This document shows positions 1 to 14,200 of a stretch of 64,000 nt of DNA, piece by piece (the first letter of the stretch is position 1; each line of letters opens with the position of its first letter). The notes below the pieces were generated by a model. That model was given only the letters and a program-made list of their open reading frames with translations. It was not told the origin of the DNA and searched no databases. Origin of the DNA: Tubiluchus corallicola (taxonomy: Eukaryota; Animalia; Priapulida). A program made the translations under genes and the position numbers. The DNA lies in NCBI GenBank assembly GCA_030141605.1, contig JAQGDQ010000063.1, positions 372,001 to 436,000 on the forward strand. Direction: 5' to 3'.

Positions 1-672
1 TTAAGCAGTCTTTCAGATAATGCTGTTTTGCATTAAAAGATGGTTCTTGTCCTGACAATCCTGGACCATGTGCAGCAGGAGCAGTAATTTAGTCACATTT
101 TCAGGAATTTTGTCAGATCAGTGAACTAGTAGCATTGCATGGAACCATTTTGTTAGCTGAACTCATTGCTATATTTGCTGTGTTACAGTTTGTTGCAGAA
201 AAATTAATCTTTGTTGTTACAGATATTAAAAATGTTGCAGTTTTTTCAGTCGATGTTCAATAGACAATGTATCTTTACGATGCTCTAGTAACTATTACAA
301 AGATCTATGTGACAGTACAAAAATTTATATTAAATTTCTTTATAGTATTGACATGTTAACTTTATATGGGTTACTGTAATATTGTAATATTATTGGTAAT
401 GATCTGTCTGATTCCTTGGCTAAAAAAGCCGCCCATGATGCTCAATTTATGGATGTAAATTCCTGTATTTACACTTTGCAAGCTGTCAAGAATGCAAGCC
501 GAAAAACTTTACTTCGTAAATGCCAATTTCAGTGAATCACTCTCCAAATGGTAGATTCTTCTATGTTTTGTGGGCGTCTGTGACCTTCAATAGAAGACTT
601 GATTTTCCATCAAAGTCACAGTTTTCCAAACTTCTTCAATTACATACCTAAACTTAATTACTACCTTCATAA
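1..672 (+). mobile_element. Decayed RNase H-encoding non-LTR retrotransposon fragment (I-group-like), cut by the window start
   Basis: Translation across frameshifts gives RNase HI motifs in order: DGSCPDNPGPCAAGAVI (from 39), GTILLAELIAI, HVNFIWVT, IGNDLSDSLAKKAA (~392-433), then LINE C-terminal-like LLQLH..KLNYYLHK. Confidence 0.7.
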
Positions 673-1130
673 ATGGCGCGCTTCCACATTAGACAACTTT
701 AAAGAGACAACATAAATATTGTTGTTGTTGTTTCACAAAATAATAAGAGACTTCACAAAATAACAAAATTACACTATAAGCAAAGAGCTACATGTGGACT
801 ATCAAACTGACACGTGTCAAATAGTCGGCGTATACAGAACCGCATAGCTTATATAAACTTTACGAAGGGGCCAGTTAACGGCCGATGCATATCAGGTCAG
901 GTGATCAAGCCAGTGTAAAACTATATGTAAGAATACCACGTAAATAACCTACAGATCGACATGTACAGATTATTTATCAACAACAGGAAATATTAAGCAA
1001 ACTAAACGTATTTAAAGTAAAAAGAAAAGATTTTGAAGAAACAAAGCTGCAATGTTGATCAAAATAACTATAAAGATGAAAAATAACAACAAAACCTAGA
1101 ATTGAACTCGCGACCTATGTGTCGCGGACC

Positions 1131-1400
1131 CTACAGAAAGTTTTTGTCCGAGAGTGTGCTTTATCAAAGGGATGTGCTGTTATACAATATTTCCTGATAT
1201 ACAAGCTTACCTAATTTCAAGTTAGCTGATTTGTCTTGTGAAGTCGCTGACTAAGAAAATGTTGATATTGAGGCGATAATTAAAGATCTTTGTTCTTTTA
1301 TGGATAGCATTGAATGTTTAAACAAGCGGACACTATAATATTGCCCACGTTTCGTCAGCGTTGAGTCATATCACTGTATTCTCTTCAGCATTTAAGAAGA
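1131..1400 (+). mobile_element. Probable 3' remainder of the same LINE, after an unrelated insertion at ~675-1130
   Basis: Encodes IIKDLCSFMDSIECLNKRT, resembling LINE ORF2 termini, followed by a short AAG tail. Continuity with 1-672 is inferred. Confidence 0.35.
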
Positions 1401-1629
1401 AATTTTCTGTTGTGATAAACAGCTTATATTGTGTTGATTTAAGCATTTACATGAACATTTTGTCGATAGACATTGATGAGGAGAAAATGTGTTCGAAAAT
1501 CTTTTAAACTCGATTCGAACTTTGAAATGCTGAAATTCGGTTCTATTCGAATGCAGAGTCACAAATTCTCATTCGATTCCAATGCCACAAAGTCAGCGGA
1601 TTCGACATGAAAGTAATATGTTTATCTAT

Positions 1630-1750
1630 GGTTAGCGCCTAGTCGACCAGATAGTCTTTTCCGTTCGGCTCGGACCGCGGCGCTTTGTCCACTTTGAACA
1701 TTGTCTCTTGGGTCCCGACCATGGCTAAACGCTAGTGTAGTTATAGGTAT
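1630..1750 (+). promoter_or_regulatory. Candidate CNK promoter / non-coding first exon
   Basis: Local CpG-rich patch (ccgttcggctcggaccgcggcg) in AT-rich DNA, a possible donor AG|GTAT at 1746/1747, and an acceptor tttttgtag ending 2144 just upstream of the ATG. Confidence 0.3.
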
Positions 1751-2186
1751 TTTTGGTATCACCTTGGTACTATACATGCACAGAGATAGTATTTTGTTTT
1801 CGTTTTCAATTATCTTGTTGTATTGGACGGTTTATCACATTATAATGATGTCATGTGCGATGCGATTTTGTAGCTCTTTGACAACAACAATTATTAGGCT
1901 ATCTCCCAGTTATTTTTAAATTTTTCTCAATACTAAAGTTTTAGAATTTAGATCATTACACGAACATTACTTAACGATCAGCTTTGTTCGAATTTAAGTT
2001 GTAAATGACAATTATTGATGATTATTCTATTCCGAAATGCATGTGTGAAATGAAGCAGTGTTTAGCAGAGAGTTTAATTCATAAAAATATTGTTAATCCA
2101 ATTAATCGTTATCTGCACCAGTTCGTTTGTTTGCTTTTTTGTAGCTTAAGTAATTTTCATAACAAGTCTTGGCCTAATTCGGAAAA

Positions 2187-2244
2187 ATGTCATTAATTGA
2201 TGTCAGTCAGTGGAACAGCGAACAAGTGTTTAGTTGGATAAAAG
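2187..2244 (+). CDS. cnk: CNK exon 1 (SAM start, MSLIDVSQWNSEQVFSWIKG)
   Basis: ATG at 2187; SAM W..EQV..W motif; donor G|GTATGG, phase 1. Confidence 0.9.
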
Positions 2245-5200
2245 GTATGGCTAAAGACACGATGCATATATTTTTCCAAAGTTCTGTTTTAAATCTGAAA
2301 ATGAATATAGTAGAGTGGCAAAATAAAATTGTCACTGAAAATATTTAGCTAAATGATCTATTTTGAATTTGTTTATAACATTGTGTAAATGTCAACACTG
2401 GTTTGTAAAACTACTACATTGAGACAATTAAACATTTGTTAGAATAAATATTACCACACAATGGAGTGTTTTGTTAGCAGTGAGAAGTTGTTTGATGAGC
2501 TTCACAACTATTATTTTTGACAATACTTTACACTGTAGTAGTTGTTCTATGTTCTATGTTAGTATCAAAGCATAGTAAAATTGTTAATGATGAATCAACG
2601 GTAATAAGATAAATAAATACTCTCCAGTGACTAATATGATGTGAATAGGCTATTATTAGGTGTGAATCAAAATTTGACAAGAACAGTAGAACACCATATA
2701 TGTTGGTGTAATTCACTAATGATGCAATTCTAACCATTTCTCTACTTACTCTAAAACTACCTTATATCATGATTCCTTCTTCATTTCAACTCCACACTTC
2801 TGGAATGACCTTTCTGAAGATGTTAAAAATGCAGCATCCCTAGCATAATTAAAATTGACCATCTTGAGCAGTTCCAAACTTGCTTCTCTCCATCTTAATT
2901 TTACCTTTGTTGTAGACTGGGAAAATTCATCTTGCGAGCATGAGGCTAGGTACCAGTCTCTTAGCTGGTCATATGTTTGCAAATCATATTGCTGATTCTC
3001 TTAACTGTTTATGTGATGTCCCATTTGAGGATCCTAAACACTTCTTTCTAGAATGTCCCCGTTTCCACAATACTCGGTTCCTCACTATTAATCCCTTTCC
3101 AGTTACAGTTAATAATAACATTAACATTATACTGTATGGTGATATTAATCAGTCATCGTCTTTTAACAGAAATGTTACACTAACGTCTATCAATTTTTAT
3201 TGTGTTAAGCAAAAGATTTCAAAGTATGTAATTTACATTGTATGATCGTAATGTAGCATAATTCACACACTGCTCACCACATTATTAATTATATAGTTAA
3301 CAGGAAGTTGCCTTTTCATCAGCTGTAAAAAGTTTGTTTTTGCTTATCTGTTTTTTTCCAATCTTCTATTTAGAGATGTATTCGTAATTGTGGCACATAA
3401 ACTGGTTGCATCAAATGACTAAATTTTTAGCTAAGAGCATTTTCAGCTAAAACACCTTGTAACCTTAATAAATTTGTAGACCCTTGACGTTAATGCCGAT
3501 ATCTGAGTATCATTAATCATCCACTTCATTGTTTCATCTATCATATCCCTATATCATCTGCCTCCAACTAATCCTGGCCATTTTTTTTCTTCTTTGCACA
3601 TTTTTGCTTCTTGTTTTACATCAATATCGTATTTCTTAATGATTTTTAATACTGTGACTGTTGTCTAGTGAAAGGCTTTTATAACTTATAGTTTTTTTTA
3701 GAAACCTGTTAGCCAGTCTCTATGTACTGTCAGACAGTTTCAACTATTCATGTATTGTTTCAATTTTCACTGTACATCATTTTCAAATGATGTAATAACT
3801 GTTAAATTTTGTTTAGGATGCTTGAGCATTCGTCGTAACAAGCATTCTCGACAAATTTGTTTGTTTGTTTGTTTTTTAAATAATCCAGTGGGCATCTATC
3901 TTTCAAAAGTAAGACAACATCGAGCTATGGCCAAGATTGTAAAGGAAGGTCAAAGTCAATCTCACAGTAATTTCTATCAATTTAACATGCTATTAACCAC
4001 TAATACTAGCCACCCACATTGTACATAATGTGTCACTGATGCATGTACCTTGCACACAGAAATTAAAATGCAGAACAGTGCAACCAGCTTCTGTGAAAAC
4101 TTCACAACAAAGTGTGGCAGACTGTTGTATCATTTCAGTGCATCAGAACCATATCATTACACTAATCTTATTTGGCAATAATTGCTGTTTCTTGTTTACA
4201 AGCAAAGTACCTTTTAATGACAAATTGGTTTTACATATCATACCTCATTTTGCCTTAAGTTCTAAAGCACAATTTTTTGCCTGTAATAATTACTTAAAAT
4301 TAAATAATTTGATATTAACTTAAAAAATTAATTAATGACCCATATGAGTCAGGTAGTACTGTCATCATGCAAATATTTTCTTATTTTTGTAGGTCTCGAT
4401 GATGCTGTGGCTCTTTATGCAAATCAGTTTTTAAACAATGGCATTGATGGGAAAAGATTGCTGATACTTGATCATCATTCATTGGATAAGTTGGGTGTTA
4501 CTAAGCTTGGACATCAAGAGCTTCTTTTAGAGGCAATAGAATTACTTAATCGCTTGGTATGTGCATTCGTGTTTATATTTTAAGGTAGAAATCATGGATT
4601 TTATAACTTTCAAATAATTAGCTTATAAAATATTTGTTGCGTTGCATATTTTGGATTTTATGCTAATCTTCTGGGGGTAGAATTAATGAATTTCTTGATT
4701 GATTTATGCGAGTCTATTATATAACATATAATTAATAGGGATGCTGATACTTTTAATTACAACGTTGAACTTACTGCATTAGGAAACCGAAATATTCTCA
4801 AGAATGATACCAAGATATGGTAGAACGATGAAAGCTGCCAAGATACGTACTAAGATAAAATCTTAAGAAAACCATTCATTGCAAGCTAGGGTCACCAAAC
4901 TTGTAGGGTGGGTAGCCCTGGGTGGGGACGTACAACAGTGTAGCAACCAGTGACCAGTGGTCAAGGGGGGGAAAGGCAGTGGACGTCGGTCAGTTTTTCC
5001 TTTAGGTCACAACTCCTCCTAGGGCTTTTGATTTTTTGCAAATTTTTTTCACATATATTTGCGTACTCTGGGGTAGATGTGCACCTGGGGTTTTTAAAAG
5101 CTGGCAAGTTATCTATGTACACATGTGACCAGAGTTGTCGGGTCAAAGGTCATGGAGCGGGCGGGTCCTCATTTATTTTTCTTTATGATCCATCTGCTCC

Positions 5201-8200
5201 CACAGTTTTTGAGCTAGAGCCACAGTATTTGGTATATTGCTAGGTGGTGTCGTGGCCTTGCACATTGCAAGATATGGGTCGCGCGCGCGTGTAGCAAAAT
5301 TTTCCGCTAAGGGGCAAAAACGGAAAAATGGGCATCGGGAACAGAAGTGCATAAAGTGTTGAGCAATGGAGCCTTGTAGCATATCAAATGAAAGGTCTCG
5401 ATGAGGCAGGTCGAACGGCATAGGTTACAATGAGAATAGCTAATCCACGGCGCCGCTAGGGGGCAAAAACCGAAAAAATGGGGGTCGGGAACAGAAGCGC
5501 ACCAAGTGTTGAGCAATGGTACCTTGTGGCACATCAAATGAAACTTGTCGATGAGGCAGGTCGAATGATATAGGTTACAGAGTGAATCGTTAACCTGTGA
5601 CCCAGACAGAGGCAAAATGGGGGTCGAGGAGACAAATGCCTTCCAGGGTCTATCGAAAGTCGGTTGTTGTATGTGAAATGAAAGGTCTCCATGAGACAGA
5701 CTGAATGATATAAGTTATGCCACGATTGTTGACCATTGATGGATGATATGCTGAACAATTAAATGTTGAGGTTTCATTGTGAAATGCACTTTCCATGTAT
5801 TCAAGCAGTTCAAAAAAAAGAAAATAAGCACTTTCAAAAAAGGTTGTCGTCTGTTTATTTTTAAAGCTCGATCTTATAACTATTATTTGCAAAATCTTCA
5901 GTTTCTGATGACATCAGAAACATTGTCAACTAGTTTCAGTTGAATTTCGCAGAACTGTAAACAAGAAAGTTTGCCGTCTGTATTTGTACCAAAATGTTTT
6001 TGAAAATACACAACTAACAACATTTATAATGTGCAAAGTCAACAAATAATTTTGCTTTCAAAATACATATGTGCTGCAGCACTTATGTTTGAGGGTCATG
6101 AAGTTCTACCGAAATTGTAGAATGATCCTAGTATCTATATAATGCAAACAATTATAAACGAAAATCAAATTTATAGCTTGTTGACTTTGCTACTTTAAAT
6201 TACAAAACAAATTGAGAGAACATGACCTTACCCATGAAATGGCTTAATTTGCATAATTGTATGGAATGAAGAAAAAAATAAAGAAGGGCAATTACCTGTT
6301 TTTCTTTTTAGCCCAAAAAGTAGTTTGTTTTCTTTTTAGCTCAGAAAATAGTACTGAATTAATATAAATATTTTTTATATTATTCTAGTGCTACCAATCT
6401 GAATCTGAAACTGTGCAAAGTTTGTCTTTAGCTTTAAGCACAAGATCTCGTCAGCTGTTAACTGAACTACAAGATGCTCATGATTGTAATGACCAAGTGC
6501 CAAATTCCTTACTGTTATCTGTTAGTTACTTAATGACTGCTAGTAAAGCATTGATATCTTGGTTGGACAGGTAATTTTTCAGGATATAGATTTGTGCTTT
6601 TTCTGTCAAATATGGCAAACAGTTAAATCACTGTTTAAACCAATTCCGATTTTCAATGACACACTTCTAATAAAGAATAGTTTTTATTATTTTTTTTAAA
6701 AATTGTCAGATACTGCTAAAAAAACCTTTTAAAACATCTAACAAACATGCTCACCGCGGTTTTTTATGCTCACCAGGAAACACTATCATCGTTTTCCTGT
6801 AATACAATTACTTATAAATATTAGTTCAATATTCAGTGGAATATATTTTTTACCACTGTCCTAAGAAATGCTGGTTTGGTATCTGTTTGAGTTTAGACTT
6901 TCATAAGGGATATTGTTCATTTGCAAACAAGAATACGAGAACTGTTGCTTATGGAGTAGGCAAGAATCTTTGTGATTCTGTGAAAGAAATATGTAGTAGT
7001 GGCATTGCAGTCTTAAGTTCACTTTCGAAATATTTTGAATTTTTATGTCATGGTAGACCACAGGATAGACTGGCTTTATTTCAGTAGCACTTTGATGTAA
7101 TAAATTGTCCTGTACTGTTACACGTTCTTTCTGTACCCTCTTGTATCACCCTTATATTCATTATTGGTCCAAATAGCAAAAATAACAGAATGTGACTAAA
7201 AATTTGAAATTGAGATGAGCACAGCTAAGTAAACTACATCGCTTGATATGTTCTAGATATCCGTTCGATGATGATGATGACTTTTGGAACTACAGGAATC
7301 ATGTTGTAAACTTATCACTAGAGATTACTACTTACATCCATCCTGAGAAGTCTAGCAGCTCCCTTCGACCAAACTGGAAAGAGCACATATCTAAAAAGGT
7401 TTGTGCAGTCAGTTTTGGAAAAGCTATTCCATTTGTCATTTTTACGCTTACCCTTTGGAATTTGGATAATATTTTATTGGGACATTTTGGAATTAGTTTC
7501 ATTTTTGCAAACAGAAAAACGAGTTTGGAGCTGTGCATTTTTATATTAGTATGTTTCCTCAGCTATCTGGCATTAATCTGATCATATGATTTTATCAATA
7601 ATTTATTAGAATTTCAAGTAATTTGATTGTTGAACAGTGGCATGCAAAGGAGAAAGTAATTTTTTTATTTTCCTTTTTTTAACAAATTTGTTTGCTGCAG
7701 TGCCAGAAATTAATAGAGTATTGTGAAGACTTAGTACAGAGATCTCGTGACCCCATTGTCTGCCAACCTGTGTATTTTGAAATAGCTGTGATCAAGCGGC
7801 ACATTAATGAAGAATGGGTGAGTAAAAGTCCTCAAGTTTTTGAACTAACAGCCAACTAACTTGTTTATTGTTTTTTAATTCTCAAAATGTTTTGCTCTAG
7901 TTTGTATTGCAAAGAGTTGCGCCCTGCTAGCTCTTGAGATTTTGTGTAATTTTTATTTAAGGGATGCCAAGCAAAGGATGTGAACTACTTTACAAATGTG
8001 CCCATTGGCATGATATTCTATGTAATATTATTTCAGTCTGCATTTTTGTGCTCCAACAAACGTACTTGCAGAAATGCATTCAAGTACTTCTCACTAGTAG
8101 CAACATTAGTGATCTGTGAGAACATGTGTTTAGTTGGAAGTGCAAGTTGCATTTTCACTCTTTGCCACAATTTCTGACCCTTGTTAGAAAAAGAAAAGTT

Positions 8201-11200
8201 GTTATGCGACCAAGCATTTAATCCAGAGATGGATGAAAAGATTAAACTGACTAGACTGGATTGATGAACTATTAACCTAACAAATCGTAGTTTTTTGTTT
8301 CAATCTGCAATGTGCAGTTTTTTCACTTTCAGATTCAACAGTTTTTTAAGTCATCAGAAGTTGCTTTTGAAATGCAATGCTGAATGTTGAAATAATTAAT
8401 GTATTTCACGAGTTTTTTAGACAAACAGTTTTTCTAGATTCTAGGCTATAAATTATAGGCAATGGTCTAGTTTTTTGCTTACTGTTGTTTTTAATGGCAT
8501 GGGCACAAGCTTAACAAAATAAATTATACGTATCTTTATAATTATATCTTTATAGTTGCAGCATTGTTAATTAAATAAACATATAAAAGCAATACTAAAT
8601 TAGAATGTCTGAAAAATTTTTGCATCTCCATTGGGTATTGAGCCTGACCCCTTTTGCTTTTTAGGCACTGTGCTAGGCATTATTGGGTCCTCTCACTTTT
8701 CAGACTCAGAAATTGACATTATAAGTCAGTAGCAGTCTACCAATGAGGAATCAGTCCACACCCGTATCATGACACAATATGAAATCATTGATATAAACAC
8801 GTGAAAGTTTGAAAAAGTCTGAAAAATTTTATACCGTTACTGCGATGTGCAAATCCAAGATTTTGAAAATCTAAGCGTGACATATGGGAAAATCGGATGT
8901 GTATCGAGAAATTTTTTATTTAGTTTAGGCTTAGTTTAGGCTTTTCCATATTTTGTAAATTGTGCTTTCTGTAAATGACAGGATTAAAGTTTTCTGGTTG
9001 TGAGTAAGTAAAATGATTCATTTTATAAAATTGTTACTAATAAATATAATAGCATTCTCCTTTATTTAGGGTATGCATATTCAGTCGTCATACCTTGGGA
9101 CACATATAATCAGCAGTATATACATGAATGTGAGTACAGTCTGATGTTATGCTTTAAGGAAAGATTTTTACTGGCTAAACTGGAACTGTTAACAATACGT
9201 CTTTCAGTTTCTTTATTGTGCAAATCTATGTTCAGCTTTCAGTTTCGAGGCTTACTTAGTGGTTGTGGCAGGACTGAAACTTAGCTTATTGTTAAGAATA
9301 ATCATCTAAGATGAGGAACTAGGAGAGGTTTTTTTATTCGTTCTAGAGAAAATGGCTCAGTTGAATTAAGGAAAAAATTCTTTCATTAGATGCAAAGAAG
9401 ATTCAGATATTTTTACCCAGTTTGATTAACTAGCTGCTTAAGAGCAGAGCTTTTTTATGACATTTAAAAAACTGATAACATGCAAAGTTTTCCATTTAGT
9501 GACAAGTTTTTTATCCAAATTTTCAGTAATACTACAACCGGTTTTTTGAAAGTGCTTTCTAGTTTTTGTGTTATGCATTGCACATCTTTATTCAGGTTTA
9601 TTCATATGTATTTATGTATCCGCCTAAAGAACAGAAATAGTATGGCTGATAAAATAATCAGGAAACAGATTTTCCTAACAGGTTGCTGTTTACTCACTAA
9701 ACAGACTAGGAATGGAGTAGACGGATATTATTTGTTCACTATATGTGACAAAATAATAGTTTCTTATGGCCATAATCAGTAATTAATAATCATCCTAGTA
9801 AATGTATAGTATAAACATAAATAATGTACATGTGTTTGTAAGTTATGACAAAATTAAATAATGTGTTGACAAGCTGTTTTTTGTTACTTGTGTGTGTAGT
9901 GCTGGCTAAAAAGTATTGCAGTGATAGCACACATGTAATGTAAACATCCCTGTATTAGTAATGTATAATAGTTTCACATTTCTCATAGAACTACTGTTTA
10001 CTTCCTCTTCCTGCTTCCCTTTTCGTTCACTCTGTGTTCTGTTAGTGGAAAGTACTATTTTAATAAGTATACAATTGTGTGTATTTAACAGGTGTTTAAA
10101 AGTTTCGTATTAGTGAACATAATTGTGACTTGATAAGTAATCATGACAATCTCAATATAAGCTAAAGTGTGTATGCACTATGTATAGCTGTATTATGCGA
10201 ATAACATGAAAACTCTGTTTTTACAAGTTTTTCCACACCATGGTGCAGTACTTTTTGCTTGCACATTTTTGTTCCAGGCTTTATTTCGGCTTCCCAGTTT
10301 TTCAGTAAATTAATTTTTTTTGAGACATTACATGTTTCCGATTATGTATGCTGATTACTGCTTCATTTGTTTTTGCTTACAGGAGCTTACTGTTGGTAAG
10401 AATTCACATGCTTTTTAGTATTGCTTAGGCAGAAGTTCACAAATATGATATTATTTTTACTGAGTGCATACTGGTGCTGCGACGGTTTACAGTAAATATC
10501 AATCTTGCTGGGAATAACCTGAAAATTTGAACCTGTTAATTTTGCTCGTTCTTTGTTCGTTAGTATGTTTAATTTACTGTACATATTTCGTTATTTCATA
10601 ATTATCGTGAAGATAAGTGGTTTCTATTAAATTTTATTTTGTGTTTTTCATTTTCACTTTTTTTACTTCATCAGGAAGTGAAAGTTTTTTTTTTATTTGG
10701 GAAAGGAGAGGCAGTGAAATTAGATTAAGGAACATTCATGACAACTAAACCTGCACTCTGATAGCAAAGTAATTATAATGTTGTAAATAATTTATGTGTG
10801 GGTGCTGTATTAAAGCCTGTATTACAATCTGCATATCACTTAGTTAGTTAACAGGTTTAGAGAAGTAAGACGCCATTTGCAATTAAGTGATTAGGATAAG
10901 TTCCTCTCATACTTCCATACATGACCAACATCTATTATTTTATTTTATTGTTAATTCTTTCTTATTTTTAATTGAACGTGTTCTTTGTAAATGGTGTTAA
11001 TAATGACTAAGTATAAATGAATGGCTAATGCATAATAAGCGTTTGCTTATCAATTGTGATGTTTCTGTACGGAATACATGTTAAGTGTCAAATAAATCAC
11101 AAGGTTACACTTTTTTAGAAGATGTTAAACTGTTTCGTATGTGGCCTTGTTCCAATGGCATCTCTTTAAAAATCAAGAAACAATCTACTGAACAAAGTTC

Positions 11201-14200
11201 TAGAGCTTTATGTAAGACAAACATCATTAATATAGAATATTTGTAGCTGAGTGAGGAAAATTTTAGCGGTGAATTGCATGTAAATAGGAACTCATTACTC
11301 AAGGATTTACTGTAGAACTAAATTCAAAAGATTAAAATAGCGTTACATTCATTCATTCACAGATTAGCATAACATTTACATAAGAACTAAAAGACCACTC
11401 AAAAGTAGGCAAACCTATGAGCCGTGTCTATTAAACACTAAGCATTCGAGGCAATTTTGTTAGCTCAATGTTCAATTTTGTTATCTACAATAATAAGTCG
11501 TTTAGAAAAAAAATTAGTTATGCCAATTCAACTTGATTATGGTGTCATTAAGCATGTAATTATAATGACATATACGAATAAGCTCAACTTTAGGTAAAAG
11601 AAACTTGTGTTTGACAAGTTTATGTTTAACTTACAGAAAGTGGCAGCTCAGAGGTTAACATTTCATTTAAAATTGTATACTTTAATCAATATTAGCTTTT
11701 ATTGTACATCTAATGTACTATGGTGTTATTATTTTATTGCGATATTATGTTTTTGCATTCTTAGTTTTTCTTGTCTATATTTGTGTCATTGAATTCCATG
11801 CAGAGAAAAGCATTAAATACACAAATTTCTATTACTTATTATTAATTATTTAGAATCATAATTCTGTGTTATGTCATCACGTATAATTTTGGATGTGTTG
11901 TACAAGTTGTAAGTTGCATGAATGTGTTTAGGAGCATGGCAAAGCACTTGTTTATGTGTGGTTACAGTTATTGAAATGAGTTTTAATCTATGAAGTGTTT
12001 GTTAAGAAATAAAAATTGTTAAATTGGCAATTTAATTTTCATATGTCAGTAAAGCTTTTGTACGTTTCAGTCTCCAGCTGATAAAAGTGACAAGTTAGAA
12101 GCAGGAGATGAAATAATACAAGTTAACGGACAGACAATTGTAAGTAGCAGCATGCATATGCTAGTTTTAAATGTAAAATTATTGTTTGCATTGTAATAAG
12201 AAAATAACTTTTGTTTAGGTAATATGCAGAATTTGTTTTCATTATCCCTGTTTTATTAAAGCGCCGTTTAATATCAAGCTTTGTAAAATCTTGTGTGACA
12301 AAATTAACTTAAGGAAAAGCAAATTTTAAACTGTAGCTCAAAATGTACTGTCAAAATATCTATATTTTTGAGAGCAAATGGTATTGAAGATTTGTTGTCT
12401 CAGATGTCTTACAAATACCTTGCTAGTCTTTCAGTATTGCATTCTTGCTGGCATGCCATGCATACCTGGAATAGCAACTATAGCATCTTCTCGAGTTTAA
12501 GTTACACAAAAATAGGATACTGTAGTAGATTAACAATATTGTGATACTGAACATAATATTAGGTTAGCCTCATGAAATCACGGGTTAGCTAGTTTTATAC
12601 AAAAGCACTACCATTCCTCTAAGAAACGTCTTGTTACTGCAAGTTGTGACAAAAGCTTATGCTTTGTGTAATAACGAGATTTGCAGAAGTGTTCTAAACT
12701 ATTTCTAATAATTACTGTAGTAACCGCGACTTGAATATGAATGCCCAAAAATATGAAAATCAAATTTAAATAGTTAATATATCAGTGCATTTTATGTGTA
12801 AAGTTTATATATTTTACGATATTGTCTGACTGTTACATAGCAGCACCACATTGTACTCTTCGGTGATTTTATTTTGTTGGCAGATGTAAAACCAGTCTAA
12901 TCACTCAAAACTCTCAGCTTTTTAGGCCTTGCATTGTTTTCCATTGTTTGCTCACATATTTATTTTTTTGGCAGCTTGGGTGGCCACTGAAGAAACTAGT
13001 TGCAGCTTTGCGAGAGCATAGTACTGAAGTCATACTCACTTTGAAAAAACAGCCACTAAAACATGATGTTGATATGCACACTACTGTAAAACCTAAACGT
13101 GTACAGCAGAAGACTTATGCTACATTGCCTAGACAGTGGATACCCACTCATAAGCGTATGGGCAGTGAGCCTCAACATACACCAGCCAGCGAATTATTTG
13201 CAGGAGACAGTTCAAATAAGAAACCGGGCTCAGGCGACATGTATGTACTTTCAGTGTTTGATTTCTAGTCAGTTTGGCAAGCACTGAACGTAATATTGAA
13301 AAACTCTGAAGTTTACTTAAATAGTTTGCTGGTTCTTCATTATGCAGATTATTGTTGACAATGTTTCTTTTTTGGAGAATGGATTTTATGTTAGTATTTC
13401 TTTTGCATACAATGGAACAACTATGTAAATAATGTTGTAAATGTTAAATTCCATTATCAAACAGTAACATGTAACACAAGTGTAATAGGTGAAAACTTAC
13501 AGGAAAAACTTTTCCTTCTGTTTTACGTCTTTTCAACTGCTAAGAGCAACTCTATAAGTCATTAGATTTATCCTCTCCGATTTAGTTCCATGACATTTCT
13601 ATTTACTGCACAGATCAGCAGATTTGAGGCATTTGATTTTATATAGGAAAGCTGCAAACGTTAAACTAGCAAAAAACGTCATGACGCCACCAGTAGAATC
13701 AGGCGAACCTGCAAATGCACCTTTCATTACAATCACTGGAAACGAGGATGATAAAGATCTTCTCCATGTTGGTGGTATTGATCTTGATGATGACGGCGAT
13801 GATGAGTTGCATTTGACAGTCCCTATCGTAAACGAAGCTGCTGCAGCCGTGTCAATTTTTGATATTGAGGGCAATGCTGACAGTGTAGTTGAGAGCACAC
13901 AACAAAATGCCGGCATTTCTGAAATGAGTCCAAATAATGTACGTTTGTTTGAGGATAGTGGCTATGTCTCACCTAACTGTGCTGCATGCCATATATTTGT
14001 AAACACTTATAAATGTATTATTTTCTAAATAATTTTTCACATGTTGTTTGCTCAAATTTTTTCACATAAAAGCTAAGTGCTACTCATTTTATACCCCTAA
14101 TCACCTTTATATAAAAATAACTTGTGATATTAACTTGACCTTTCATGTTTGCATGTTTAGTTGATCGTTATCCAAGTCATTTTGTTGTGCTGATGCTAAG

